In this document: piece by piece, positions 51,922-64,000 of the stretch
How the letters are laid out: each line of letters starts with the position of its first letter
Numbering within the stretch: position 1 is the first letter of the stretch
Assembly (NCBI GenBank): GCA_050575255.1
Contig: JBNZDD010013690.1
Location: forward strand, 4,774,504-4,838,503
Direction of reading: 5' to 3'
Origin: Harriotta raleighana
Lineage: Eukaryota
DNA length: 64,000 nt
The notes under the pieces: model-generated
What the model was told of the DNA's origin: nothing
The model's database searches: none
What the model saw: only the letters and a program-made list of their open reading frames with translations
Translations under genes and position numbers: made by a program

Positions 51922-54900
51922 TACAGTTTATAAGAGCACTAACTGAGGAGTAGCCAATGAAGTATACAGAAACAACCCATTTGTTACAAATAAAACCAAC
52001 CATACAGCAGAAGTTTTCATTATAAGAACTATTCATTAAAAATTAAAATGAATATATTTAATACATCCTTAGACAAAAAAAGCAAAAACCTTTTGACTAA
52101 TAATTTACCATTAGCAGGAAAAAAACAAAACCATAAATGTATACTTAGGGAACTTTTTACATAAATACAGATCTTCAACCACACACAAACATATATACAC
52201 ATGCGCACACACAGATGACCATACCACTTTCTTGCACTGAAATCACTTGGCTATTTACATGACACAAATAAACAACGCAGTTTGAAGAGAATCACTTGCA
52301 TTATATTTGGCTTTTTGGTCAAAAATCATTTATTCAGATTCTCTGCAAATACTTTGCTGTGGCCAGATGATATGAAAAATGTTAAAAGCTTTTTTCCCCA
52401 ATGCTGCCCAAACTACTGAAACTTAACCTTCAAGCCAACCCCTCAAGAATATTTTAGTATACTGTACTTTTATATCATGGAACCCTAATTGCATATTTCC
52501 TTGCTACTAAAATGCTCAAGTTTTATGGGTGAGAAGTATTAAGAACATGAATTATTTGTAAATGATCTACCCTGTCACAGAAACATACACCATTTTCTTC
52601 GCCACAATAAGTATGTGCTTCAAAATCCCAATATCCCTCACAATGCTAACTCAGGCACAGTTCATCAATGATTTGGGCTAGTGAGACAGATGCTTACAGT
52701 CACTTTGCTCCCAACCCAGAAACTCTCCTTCCCGGCTTTCAAAAAAGCTATCAATGCATTATATTTGGTCACCCTGTTCCTATCCTAACCCTGCTCAAGA
52801 TTTCACTCCATTTTTGTGAAGCACTTTGAAATATTTTCCAATTGAAAGGTGCTATTTAAGTACAAGCACTAGTTTTATGGAAAAAGTATTATGCAGACAT
52901 AACTAGTATTTCAAAGCAAATTACATCTTTTCATATGTAACATGAATGACTGAGGTGTTTTCTGGTCAAACCTTTATGATGAGTCTAAAGCTGGAAAAGG
53001 AATTCGATATTTGAAAATATCAATAAAGGTTACTGTATTAGTTTTTGGTTAGAACTAACCATAAAGATTTGACCAAGTTACATTTTGTGCACCTCAAATA
53101 TCTAAGACTGAAGACATAGTAAAATAACAATCTATAACTCAAAATGTGTCACAGATCACAGAATCTAGGACAAAGCAATATCAGACAAAAATAAAACTTT
53201 TTTCCCTAAAATCCAATTTTCCGCGGCCCACTGAAAAGTCTTAAGGCATAGACAATTATTTCCTTCCCCACCCTGATTTAAATCTTTCAATATTGTTATG
53301 CCAATTAACTATTGGCTACAAATTATTACAAAAAATATATTGTTCATGAATCCACCACAGAAAGCTTCAAACCACAGAGAACAAATAAGGAACCTGTTTT
53401 ATTGTGGGGTGGTGGGGAGAGAGAATTTGAATGAGATGTGAGCTCTCCTGAAGGAAAACTGTTTTGATGGGGGTGCCAGGAAGCAACAAAGAAGCTTGCA
53501 ACAAACAGGTGACAGATTTCACTCTTTAACAAGGCAAGATTGTTCACATATGGGAGAATTCTCAGTAAATTCCATGATGTGATCTGCTGCTGTACATGCT
53601 TTTCATTTTGTTATGAGGAATCTACCAGGCGTGAGATAGGGAAAAGGCACCATCAATCTGGTGAACATTCACATAAATACATCTACTGTATTCCACTCCT
53701 TCTTAGGACATCAAATACCAAGTCTTCAAATCATTAAACGTTTTGAAAGATTAAGCACAGAATTAGCCCAAATTAATTTCCCTTATTATAGCACTCTGGA
53801 AGGCCCATGTTGTACAGTTAACCAATGACCCAGTGAGTTACAATAATCTCACAGAGAATCTTAGCAACAAGTAGTAATAATGCCTCAGGCTGCATTTAAT
53901 AGTTGTGCTGGGGACCATTAAACTACTCGGCGAAGTAATAATCTGCACTAAGAAAAAAATTAAAGAAGCAATAGGCCCACAAATAAGTATGAAGTGCTTT
54001 CATTTATAACTGGTATCATCAACTGCTGAAATATAATTTATGCCACTTATAGGGTAGACAGAACAAGAAGCATTAATTTGCCTGTGTGCTGTATGCTCCA
54101 GTTATTGGCATATTTTACTTATTGTCTTTCACGGATAAAGACTGCTGAACAGCAATCACTGGTTGGTTGGAAATTAACTCACAAAAGTGGTCTAACACCC
54201 AATACAACAACAAACCAATAGTAGACTTGTAGAATATTCCAGCTGTGGTTTTAACATTTTATTGTAGCTAGGCATATTGGGACCAACTTGAAATAAATAA
54301 CTGATACTTATACAATAGCATATTTAAATATATTTTTAAAAACTACATGAATCCCTTTCTTATAAAGTTTTCTAACACCTTAAATGAACTAAAGTACTGT
54401 AACAATCCTGAAGCCACACAAGATATGCAATCCTATAACGTGCCAGTAGGTTATTGTGCTAAGATTTCCATGAAGATTTTTTTTGGTCTTGACACTTGCA
54501 AAAATCCATCCATCTCCAAGTTTAAGAGTATCCAACCTAAACAGTTCCTTGCTTTCCACCTATATATCAAAATTCCAGAGATGTTTATTGGAGTGGAGGG
54601 AGGGGCCCATCCTGCTTACCTAATTCCAGAGAGCATTAGATGAAGGTTGGCAAGAACCAAGGCTTGGAGCCCTAGTTTTGGGTACTGCTAGAGTTGAACC
54701 AACAACAACTTGGATTTATATAGCGCCCTCCTTGCCAGGCGACATCTCAGAGCGCTTCAAACCAGAACCAGATAAAACTACATAGCTTGCTGTATGTCAA
54801 GCTTTCCCACTGCTTGTCCAGCTACGACCAGCCTTCCCATAAGGGGTTTGGCTTGTTGAGTTAACTGCAGGTGGACGGAAAGAGTCCCTGCCACAGTGAC

Positions 54901-56044
54901 CGTCTGCTTTTCCAGATCTTACCGATGAGCCAGGCTGGCTGCACTGTCATCAGTCCCCTCGAATATTGTGAATCTCGCTGACTCAGGAACTGGATTACCA
55001 AGGTCAGCCCAAGGTGTTGGCTAAAGAGACAGACAACAGAGCTCCCTTTTATACCTGGCTGGGAAGTCACATTCCAAAGAGCAGCTCTTTTGCTGAGAAA
55101 GTGAAGCGTTTGGAAATGCTTTCTGGTCTAAAGGTTCTTAGAGCAAAAGGGGCATTTCAGTGGCTCGCAGCTGAAGAACAGCCATTATTGTCAGGTGGCA
55201 GTTGGTAGGAGGTTGTGGGTTCATTCCCCACATCGGGGCTTTGATCTCACAGTCCAGCCTGCAGAGCACTACACTGTGAGAAGTGCCGTCCTTCGGATCA
55301 AATGTTAAATCAATTTCCCATGTCAGGTCGGGGTGACATTAAAGATCTGATGGGAAGACTTTGAAACGAGAAGGAGGGTGGGGAGGTGGGGGTGTCTCCC
55401 AGGATCTTGATTTACGATACCTCAAGAAAATACCAAAAAAAAAATTGTTTTGTTGCTTTTTGTAGTACAATGTTATGCACAAATTAGCTGCTCCATTTTT
55501 CTCCAAAGTAAAATCACTATTGCTCCGAGACACTTCAATGACATAAGGCACTCTCAAATGCAAGCATTGTCATTATTATAAATCAATTTCTGGATGAATT
55601 CCACTTCAACTCAAAAAGCAAATTGCCAGAGCAAGAGAGATGAGAAAGATTCATCTGTGGAGGGATGCTCTGTTGGAGGCAGAGAGGGCAGCTGGCAATC
55701 ATTACTCCATCACCAATAAAAGCTCTGAACAATAAATATTGTCTTTTTGCCACAATAGCTGCTCTATCACTTTAAACAAAACTACATCATTTTTAAGAGT
55801 GAATGCAGAGGAAAATAGGTTAATAGCTCTACAGCTGATGATTGCCTTTCAGCCGATTTTACAAGGCTATAAGTCATCCAATTTGCACAACTAGCTTCTT
55901 TATCAGAGCCACAACTGTTGGAACACATATATTTAAGTTTGATTTTATGAAGGTGAATGACAGATTGGAAGTCTCTAAAAAGAATGTTCTCATTGGTACA
56001 AGTTAAAATTGAAGGTTGCTATGTGTTGTGTGACCTACACACAT

Positions 56045-56262
56045 TGAACTCTGGAACTCCCTTCCTCACTCGCTCCCTCCCTTCCTCCCTCTCTTCCTAC
56101 TTTCAGGTCTCGACTAAAGACCTTTCTTTTCGACCGTGCTTTCAGTCACTTTTTTCCCTCTCCCCCTGGCTTGGCCCCGGGATCCGTCATTGGGAAGTGC
56201 TCTGAGACACTGTCCAGCATGCAGGGCGCTATATAAATCCAAGTTGTTGTTGATGATGATGA
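56045..56262 (+). mobile_element. L2 3' end fragment
   Basis: ctctggaactccc...tttcgaccgtgc...ggcgctatataaatccaagttgttgttg. Confidence 0.8.
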
Positions 56263-59200
56263 CCATCTCTCTGTTCTACCTACTGAACAAGTCTGGGAGC
56301 ATAACAAGGACTTGCTTAAAACTGTAGACATTAGTTTTGTGGCAGGACACTTGCAATGCTCATTAAATGAATATTATTTGACAACAGGACTCAAATCAGC
56401 TGCTAACAAGCAAATTCGTTTTGCATGCGATTCGTACAATGACTCAACAACCAGGGCTAAACCAATAAAAACTGAAAGAAAAAACATATGGTAGATTTGC
56501 AATGCTGGATTCCTCCGCTCACCCAGACTGAGTATGAGCAGGTTGTCAGCACAGTAAAAAGTTAGCAAAGTTTTCATTCTGCAATGTCATCTTTCCAAAA
56601 GCAGAGAAAGCAATAGAAGTATAGGAAAGGGGGTGAGGGAGGGTGGCCTATAAACACTGGCATGGACTAATTGGACCTAAATAGCCATTTCTGTGCTGTA
56701 ATATTGTATGGAATTTTATGGTGAAGCCACAGCCAAGGGAACAAAAAAAAAGGGACGGGATAATGAGTTGAAGTTTACTCCACTCAATAATTGTAAATAG
56801 AAAACACACACTACCCTAATTACAGACTGAATGAATCCAGCATGAACTGTAGTTGATTGCTAAATATGTTCAGCAGAAAGCCTGAATAAACCGCATTTAA
56901 GTTTCATTGGCAAAGGGCTAGACTTATTTACTAAACTGCACTATATACCAAGCGGCAGTTATTTGCAACTAGATGCAAATAAGTTCCTCTCTCCCCACCC
57001 CTCTCCCTTTCTCTCCCACTTATAGATCTGCTTTAGAGATATTGTGATGGATGCCCTACTACTTATTTCAGTATTATCCTATGAGCGCCTCGATCAAGTC
57101 AGAAGGTGCTTTGCAGGTGGGAAGTTACATTATGTGCTGCTGCACCCCTGGGGGCACCTGCTTAACATACAGCTCGAGTTTCGACGAAGTTTTAAACATG
57201 AGCATTAAGGCTTCAGGAATTAAGGGGTAAACCAACCACTATGTTTGCTGAGTGATGTACAAGTACAGATTGCCACCGGTGACACAACGACCTTTCAAAA
57301 AAAAATCTTGCAAATACAATGAGCAAAACTGCTTGCAACTGGATGCAAATAAACCACTATATCTAGTGAAAAGGTACAGAAATATGTACACAACGTAAAC
57401 ACATACATTTAAGCATTTGTAAATTAGACAATGTTGCAAAACTCTGAATCCAAGATTACTTTTTCATCCTCTTTTATTTTAATAATATTCCTCAATAGTA
57501 ACCCGTAGTAAATATAGTCAAAACCAACAGTGAAGGATGATTTGATAATATTGGTAAGAAGTTGTAACCATTGATTTTGCCATTCCTCCCCACCAATCAC
57601 CACAAGAATATTCAGCTGCATTTACTGTTAGTACAATAAATAGTTATAAACTTGTTGACCTTTAGTCTAAATATGAACATGACACTAGAATAGGATCTCC
57701 ACATCAATGGAAAGGATCCTGAACAGTCAGATAAATGTTCAGAGGGAGTTAAGAGTTAAGTCACTACCAGTAAACCAACTAGAATTGAATTAAGATCAAC
57801 TTGCTTCCCCCTTAATCCCTTGCTGTAGATGCTTTTAGTTTTGTTGAACGCTGATAGCATTATCAGTATGCCTGTGTAAAGATTTTGCAATCCTCATGAA
57901 AGATATTGCAATCCACAGAGTATAATCAGTGATAATATTTTTTCTGCAATGTTCCCTTTAATGTTCTACAAAGCTCCCATTCTCACAGATCGATTCCCAC
58001 AATTTGGATGATTTTTCCATGGACACTGAAGTTCCTACAGATACCGATCAACAAGCCATAGAAAAAATAATCTTGGATTGTGAAAGAAAACTGATGATAA
58101 TTTCATTAGCACCATTTATAAATTAATAGATTCTCAAAGTCGCCCGATCGCACTTAAAATCTCTATGGTAATCTGTCAAATACAGGATAAACAATTTAGA
58201 GAAGGAGCCGATGTGGATGATTATCTGAGCCACAAGCATCCAACTGATCCATAAATTACTATATGTACCGAGGACGGTAACAGCAAACATACTTTCTGCA
58301 GTGAAGAACCGGCATATAAATCTACTGTGTTAATAATGAGAAGCACCTTGATGTTTTGTGACTGCAAAAATTTATTTTTTTTGCATTCAGAGGTAGTTTT
58401 GAAATGCTTGTGGTACGGTGCTTGATTTTCAATGATTTTACAAATAATCCCACACAGCATGCCCACCATCATAAACATTAGTCAAAGCTGTCTTATAAGA
58501 AAGTGCAGCGTTCTGTTCAAAATAAACCACACATAACTGAGATATCTGTCTACTGAATTCTCATTCCAGCTTGGGACAGAATAAAATAAATGTTTTTAAT
58601 AACTTGAGGTCGAGGGTCTCAATTAATCCCAAACATTAAAAAGTGTGAAATGAAAGGGCCAGAATCACAAAACCATAATTTTGCCCTCAGGAAAAATGTA
58701 TCTCAGTATGCAAAGTAGAAATCACATCAATAACAAGAAGCCAATATCCTAAGCATCAGCACAATTAGAGGTGTGAAAACAAAATAGAGAACTCCACAAA
58801 CATTATGGCCACTTACGAGACCTCAGCTCCAAACTAATTTGTCCTGCCACAAGTCATCATGATTTATGTGGAGGAGATGCACTTAATGTCTGCGCTTTCG
58901 GATGAAAAAAGATTTTTCATCCGAAATACTTTGCCGCCAAATACTTTCCCAACTCTTATCTTATTGTTAACATGGCTCTCATTCAAACAAGAAGCAGTAC
59001 GATGATCAGAGCGCAGACACAAATAGCTCCCTGGCAGAAATAGCTTATTTGGTTTACGAATGAAACTCAACATTCTCCAAACACTCCCTAAAAATAAAAC
59101 TTCAATAACATTAATTCTGAAGCCTAAACATTGTCTATTGTCTGCATGATCAGTGATGTGAAATAACAAAATACAGCTCTCAATTCTTTTTTTTATATAG

Positions 59201-60594
59201 TTTTAGAAGCTACCGGCACGCAATATTTCAAACTGTTCTGTACACATCGACAGCAAAATTTAATTTTATATTTTTCTAAACACAGCAGTGGAAGAAAGAA
59301 GCACAAACAAAATATTGCCCCTCTCACATGTTCACACAAGAAAACATTATAAGCATATTACAGTACAAGGCACTGGGTTTAAAGCTATTGAAAATGCCAT
59401 AACACTAGAAATTTCAATATTTAAAAGATAACATAGTTTATTAATGTATGAGAATGATAGCCTTTGTTGCGTGCTTAATAGAGGAGGTTGTTTTGCTGTC
59501 ATTGAATGCACCAATTCAAAGCAACACAATCAAACAGAATATTAGGAAAATGATTAGTTTTAGCTCCATTGTTCCTTTAAAAGGAAAGCGATCATTAAAC
59601 CAGATGCACTCGGCGTAACTGCTGCTCAGACAACTATGTGGTTCTGAAGTTTGAAGCCACGTTCCAAGCTTACACAATGATCCGTCACCTCAGACACGAA
59701 GGGCCTTGTAGGCAAACACTTAAGTCTTGTCCTACATTGATATAAAAATAAAACAATGGGAAATTGTCACAGCATTGTAGTGTTGGCGAAAGGTCTTCAG
59801 GCTGTTCTGTCCACAAACCTCAGCAACAATGGATAAAAGTGGCTTTAGAAAAGCTCAATCTGTTTGTGATAATCATTTTTATAATAAATGCACAAAGTTT
59901 CCTCAAGGTTTGCAATCTTGAGCCTTTGACAAAAAAAACTCCACATGCCTATAATTTTCCCATACCATCAACGTACCAGAGAAAAACCACATACAATTTG
60001 CACAGCTGCAAATTCTCTTCTTTTGGCACAAAATCAAATTCATATAAGTTATTGGACTTCCCGCTGACTCTCTGTCTCTCTCTAGTGCTGGTTGAAATCT
60101 TACATCAACTCAACCCTACTTCACGGGTGTCACCTTAGCTTAATTAGTAAAACCACTGTGTCAGAGGCTGTGGGCTCAAACTACATGTTGGGATGCAATT
60201 TAGACCTAAACATTAGTGCAGCTCTGGGGAGGAGGACTGCATCGTCAGAGGTGTCGTCTTAAAGACGAGACTTAAACTGTGTTTCCATTTGTCCATTTAG
60301 AGGGACGCCAACGATCCCATGATAATTTTCGAACAGAGTAAGGGAGGGCAGTAGTGCTCTCACCAACGCATTTGTTGGTCATTCCACAGTTGGCTGTTTG
60401 TGAGACACAGATGTGCACTAACTGTCTGTTCTATTTGTTCAGAAATTCACCGTCACACTAGACAACTGCCTGTGAAGACTTGAGATGTTTTGAAAACAGG
60501 CACTGTTTAAAAATGCAAGGATTACATTAGTTTTTAAGAAAATAAAATGTCAGTGAGTTAATCTAACAGACACCACTCAAAGGGATAGAAAGAT

Positions 60595-60907
60595 TAATAA
60601 TAATCCTTGCATTTGATATAGCTGCTTGTAAAGTCTTCTAAAAGTCTCAAAGCACTTATAGAATATACTGAAAAGTGAATTAACTGTCCAGCACCTTGGG
60701 ACGTCATTCTGACGTGAAAGGCGCTTTACAAGTGTAATTTTGTTGTTGTTGTTGATTGGATTGAAGTGACCAATTTATTATTATTTTTTCCTTGAGAGAT
60801 TATTATCAGGCGTGAGGAGTAAGGGAACTTGCCCAAGGTTTTACCCTGCCGGGAATCGAACCCAGGTTTCTTGCTTACGAGGCCAACCACTGAGCTACAG
60901 AGACTCA
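60595..60907 (-). mobile_element. tRNA-derived Deu-type SINE with its centre replaced by an opposite-strand L2 tail
   Basis: Minus-strand ctgtagctcagtggttgg head and gggttcgattccc B box; plus-strand L2 tail at ~60686-60754. Confidence 0.85.
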
Positions 60908-62387
60908 CTGTAGATCAATTGATGCAGATTCAGGGCTTGCATTTCCGATGTCCAAGAATCATTCGAGATAGCAAGGTTTCAATGTTCAAACTGCTAATAT
61001 CTACCCAAAGTTAGCTACCCAAAGGTTAATGTACCACAAACAGAAGGAACATCAAGATGGAACAGGGTAGCCCAAATTCTAACTGTGGGTAAAGAAATTA
61101 AAGTTGTGCTATATTGCTATGATTTTGTTTTTGAAGAAAATCTGAAGGTGGTTCTGCACAGCAGTCATTTCGGAGGACTTATTACAAATACAAACATGTG
61201 GAACAGAAATCTCCTTTCATTTTGTTAAGGTGTTATTTTTGTTGTAGCTGCTGACGTAGCACCTGCAAGGATAATTAGTAAATCATCTCCGTGCATTGAG
61301 GTTCAACAGATCTTTTCATAAATCCTGATAACCACACCACCGGGACTCCCATTTCTCTCTGCTCACTCCCGTCTTCCAGGACAGAGCGACCGACACCAAC
61401 CAGCAAAAACTCCAACTCACATCAAAAGAGGCACAAAACAATGGGGGCAGATGGAGAGGCTTAGCTTTACTGTAGGAACTACAGCTCCTCTTCCACAGGC
61501 ACAGAAAGCAAGTAAGAGAGAGACAGAAGGGGATGAAGCAGCTGGCCACACGTATGCATTCATCGACCACTCTCTCCGATGTGAACCTTCTTGTGTCTCT
61601 TTCTCCCTCTCACTCCCGTAGACTATTACAGGTTATTTGACAGACGAATATGCTTCTCTCAGGGTATCAATGTACCCGCCAGCTACAATTGAATGGCCAC
61701 ACAGTGTGTGCATTAAAAGACATAATGATTAATGCAGCGTACAATGCTCAGTTTTCATTGGACTGCAAATAAGAGCATTAGAATCTGTCATTAAAGCCAC
61801 TAGATTGAAAAGCAATTCATTTGAAGACACCCAGTGTCCTGCACTGTAACTAAAGCAAGATAGTGCAACTTACAAAAGTTCCAAGCTCAAATAAAAATAG
61901 ATACTATTGTACTTCCTGACAACATTATTTTACAAGAGCTTACGTGACCAGGGGGGGAAAAAAACATAGCTTTATAAAAACATTTGTCTATGTGCTTGAT
62001 TATAGAGCTAAAGATTGAGCATTGCCTACCATTCCATCGTTGCTTATGGCTAAAACCCTTGAATATCACAGACCTGACCAGCTCCGACTCATTTATCCAC
62101 ATCCGAATTCGAATTAGTTATTTGGAGATGGTGTAATCAACGCTACCAGAATTGGGAGAGTTTGATTAACCAGATACACAGTAACATAGCAGCGATGTTA
62201 GTCTGTGGCATACAAATGCTCAGCAGTATAATATATTACAAATCCCTCACCAGCACTTGTGAAAGAGATTTACTCCTGCATGATGCGGGTAGTTAGCAAT
62301 CCTTTATCTATGCTTTGTTTTGAATTGGTTGAGATATCAATCATACTGGAGATATATATCTGGAAGAAAACGCTGATGCCTCTCAGT

Positions 62388-62575
62388 TTAAATGTCCTCT
62401 TCGCCATTCCTGTTGTCCTCGGCATCCGGTAGGAAAGCTTCCTTCTCCTGAGGGATTGGATCACCGTTCAGGACACCTGTGGCCTTATAAGCACAGGCAG
62501 TTCTTTCGGTTAATGAACGGGAATTAGCAGCCTCGGAACTGTTCCATATTCCATAAGAAAAATAAATAATGAACC
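62388..62575 (-). CDS. SLC7A1: Cationic amino acid transporter 1, last coding exon (GFIIYFSYGIWNSSEAA...EKEAFLPDAEDNRNGEEDI*)
   Basis: Minus-strand ttacag acceptor, phase matches the previous exon, GFIIYFxYG motif of the CAT family, TAA stop. Confidence 0.9.
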
Positions 62576-63381
62576 CTGTAAGATAAACATCAAAATGGTT
62601 ATTTGCCATGGAGATGGAGATTTACAAATGATTCATTCATTCCTTTTGATTGAGGTAAGCACTTGACTTTCCCATTTCCCACTTCTTGATATCCTCTCAA
62701 CGTGAAAGGCCCCACTGTATACAGATGTAAATTTGTATTGCATTATATTGTATGAACCTTGGACTGCAGCTCAGTTAGAACCATAGGAATTTGCAGCACT
62801 TGCCTTTCCCTCATAGCCTTGTAGTTGACTACAAATATGCAGTCAATTCACTTTACAGTATATTCTGTGAAGCGCTTTGAAACGTCTAGAAGACGTGAAA
62901 AGTGCTATATCAAATGCAAACCCTTGACTTCCCAAGGCCTTGGGATGTCCTCACAAAGTAAATTCAATCTGTTGTTCTTATTGTCCACAAATGCAGTAAT
63001 TACATGTCCTGAGAGGTGTTTCAATGTGATATTGGAAATCTAAAAGCAAAAGTTCTTTCTTTTCTGCCTATACTCTAGATATTTGTTTTTAACAAATACT
63101 GTGGTATTTTCCCAAATGCTCATTTTTCAAAAGCTAGTCATGATTAGAACCTAGAAGCACTAATATTTATACAGCAGAGAGCCTTGAAAAGTAGCCAATA
63201 TTGTAATGCACAATAAGACAAAAGAGTGCAAGTTTATGTTTGTTCAGTAGAATGTACTAATAATAATCCTTGCGTTTGATAAAGTGCCTTATTAAGTCGT
63301 TGAGACCTCTCAAAACACTTAAGGCCTGTTGCACAGCCCTTATCCCTAAATCACAAGGCAAGAAGTGAATTGAAAGCTTAC

Positions 63382-63490
63382 CTATTACCATCCAGGCAGC
63401 AAAACGGATCCATGTACCTCTATCCAACTGGAGCATGAGATACACATTGACCAACATACTTATGACGGGCAGATAGGGTAAGCAAGGCAC
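63382..63490 (-). CDS. SLC7A1: Cationic amino acid transporter 1, penultimate coding exon ([37 protein letters not shown])
   Basis: Minus-strand ttccag acceptor and g|gtaagc donor, 109 bp. Matches the last TM segments of CAT transporters; LDRGTW.RFA.WM is closer to CAT-1 than CAT-2. Convergent with MTUS2 as in human 13q12. Confidence 0.9.
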
Positions 63491-63566
63491 CTGGAATCAG
63501 GACAATATATTTTTTAAAAAGCAAAAATGTGAAGACTGCAGCAAAAATACCGATCAAGCTCAAATA

Positions 63567-64000
63567 CAGTAAAACCTCATTTATCTGTGACTCAACGAAC
63601 CAGAAAACCCGTTAAACCGCTATCTCAACAAAAAAGTCCCAATTCGATTAACCGGAAGTTATCCAGCAGAATAGTAAAGACGCATTTAATGAATGGATTC
63701 CCACACGTGTGTACTGCTGCAGTTATATCGGCGGACGCTAGTTGAGCCTAAAGTTGGGCTACTGACGTTTTTTTCAAAACTCGCGATACTACTGTTTTTT
63801 TTAAAAATGCCGTTTTCCCTATTTTTTTTCCCTCCTTTGGCAGCCATTGTAGAAGTTAAGTATAAATAAANTGTACTGCTGCAGTTATATCGGCGGACGC
63901 TAGTTGAGCCTAAAGTTGGGCTACTGACGTTTTTTTCAAAACTCGCGATACTACTGTTTTTTTAAAAAATGACGTTTTCCCTATTTTTTTTCCCTCCTTT
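63567..64000. mobile_element. Tc1/mariner (Tigger-like) MITE in an SLC7A1 intron, runs off the window
   Basis: TA|cagtaaaacctcatttatctgtg; reverse complement of the right half of the 14367-15074 element. Confidence 0.88.

Noticed and set aside
54589-54595. miR-122 7mer-A1 site (CACTCCA on -) in the putative SLC7A1 UTR
   Set aside because: One 7-mer in about 10 kb is near chance expectation; no conservation evidence available.
63710-64000. Duplicated MITE segment
   Set aside because: The junction is a single N (63871); most likely an assembly artefact or two haplotypes.

Overview
Repeat-rich vertebrate DNA. The Deu-type SINEs, L2/CR1 LINEs and Penelope remnants point to a cartilaginous fish, probably a holocephalan (inference). 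Two genes converge tail-to-tail. On + is the 3' part of MTUS2: an alternative first coding exon (MGHCCCK..., 10587-10640) plus eight phase-consistent GT-AG exons ending at TGA 40198-40200, giving a complete 347-aa short coiled-coil isoform. On - are the last two coding exons of the cationic amino acid transporter SLC7A1 (63490-63382, 62575-62388), possibly with a ~10.5 kb 3' UTR. The rest is L2 and CR1 fragments, tRNA-derived SINEs, TA-flanked Tc1/mariner-type MITEs, Penelope-like remnants with decayed hammerhead cores, microsatellites, one N gap and four single-N assembly duplications. Most ORFs in the supplied track are LINE debris or chance. I found no convincing new multi-gene system. The best leads are an unexplained, strongly structured ~380-nt element (6845-7224), the putatively lipidated short MTUS2 N-terminus with an overlapping uORF, a ~370-bp inverted repeat bracketing the last MTUS2 coding exon, and a 170-bp local segment copied into an L2. 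Gene and repeat names come from my recall of these families, not from database searches.
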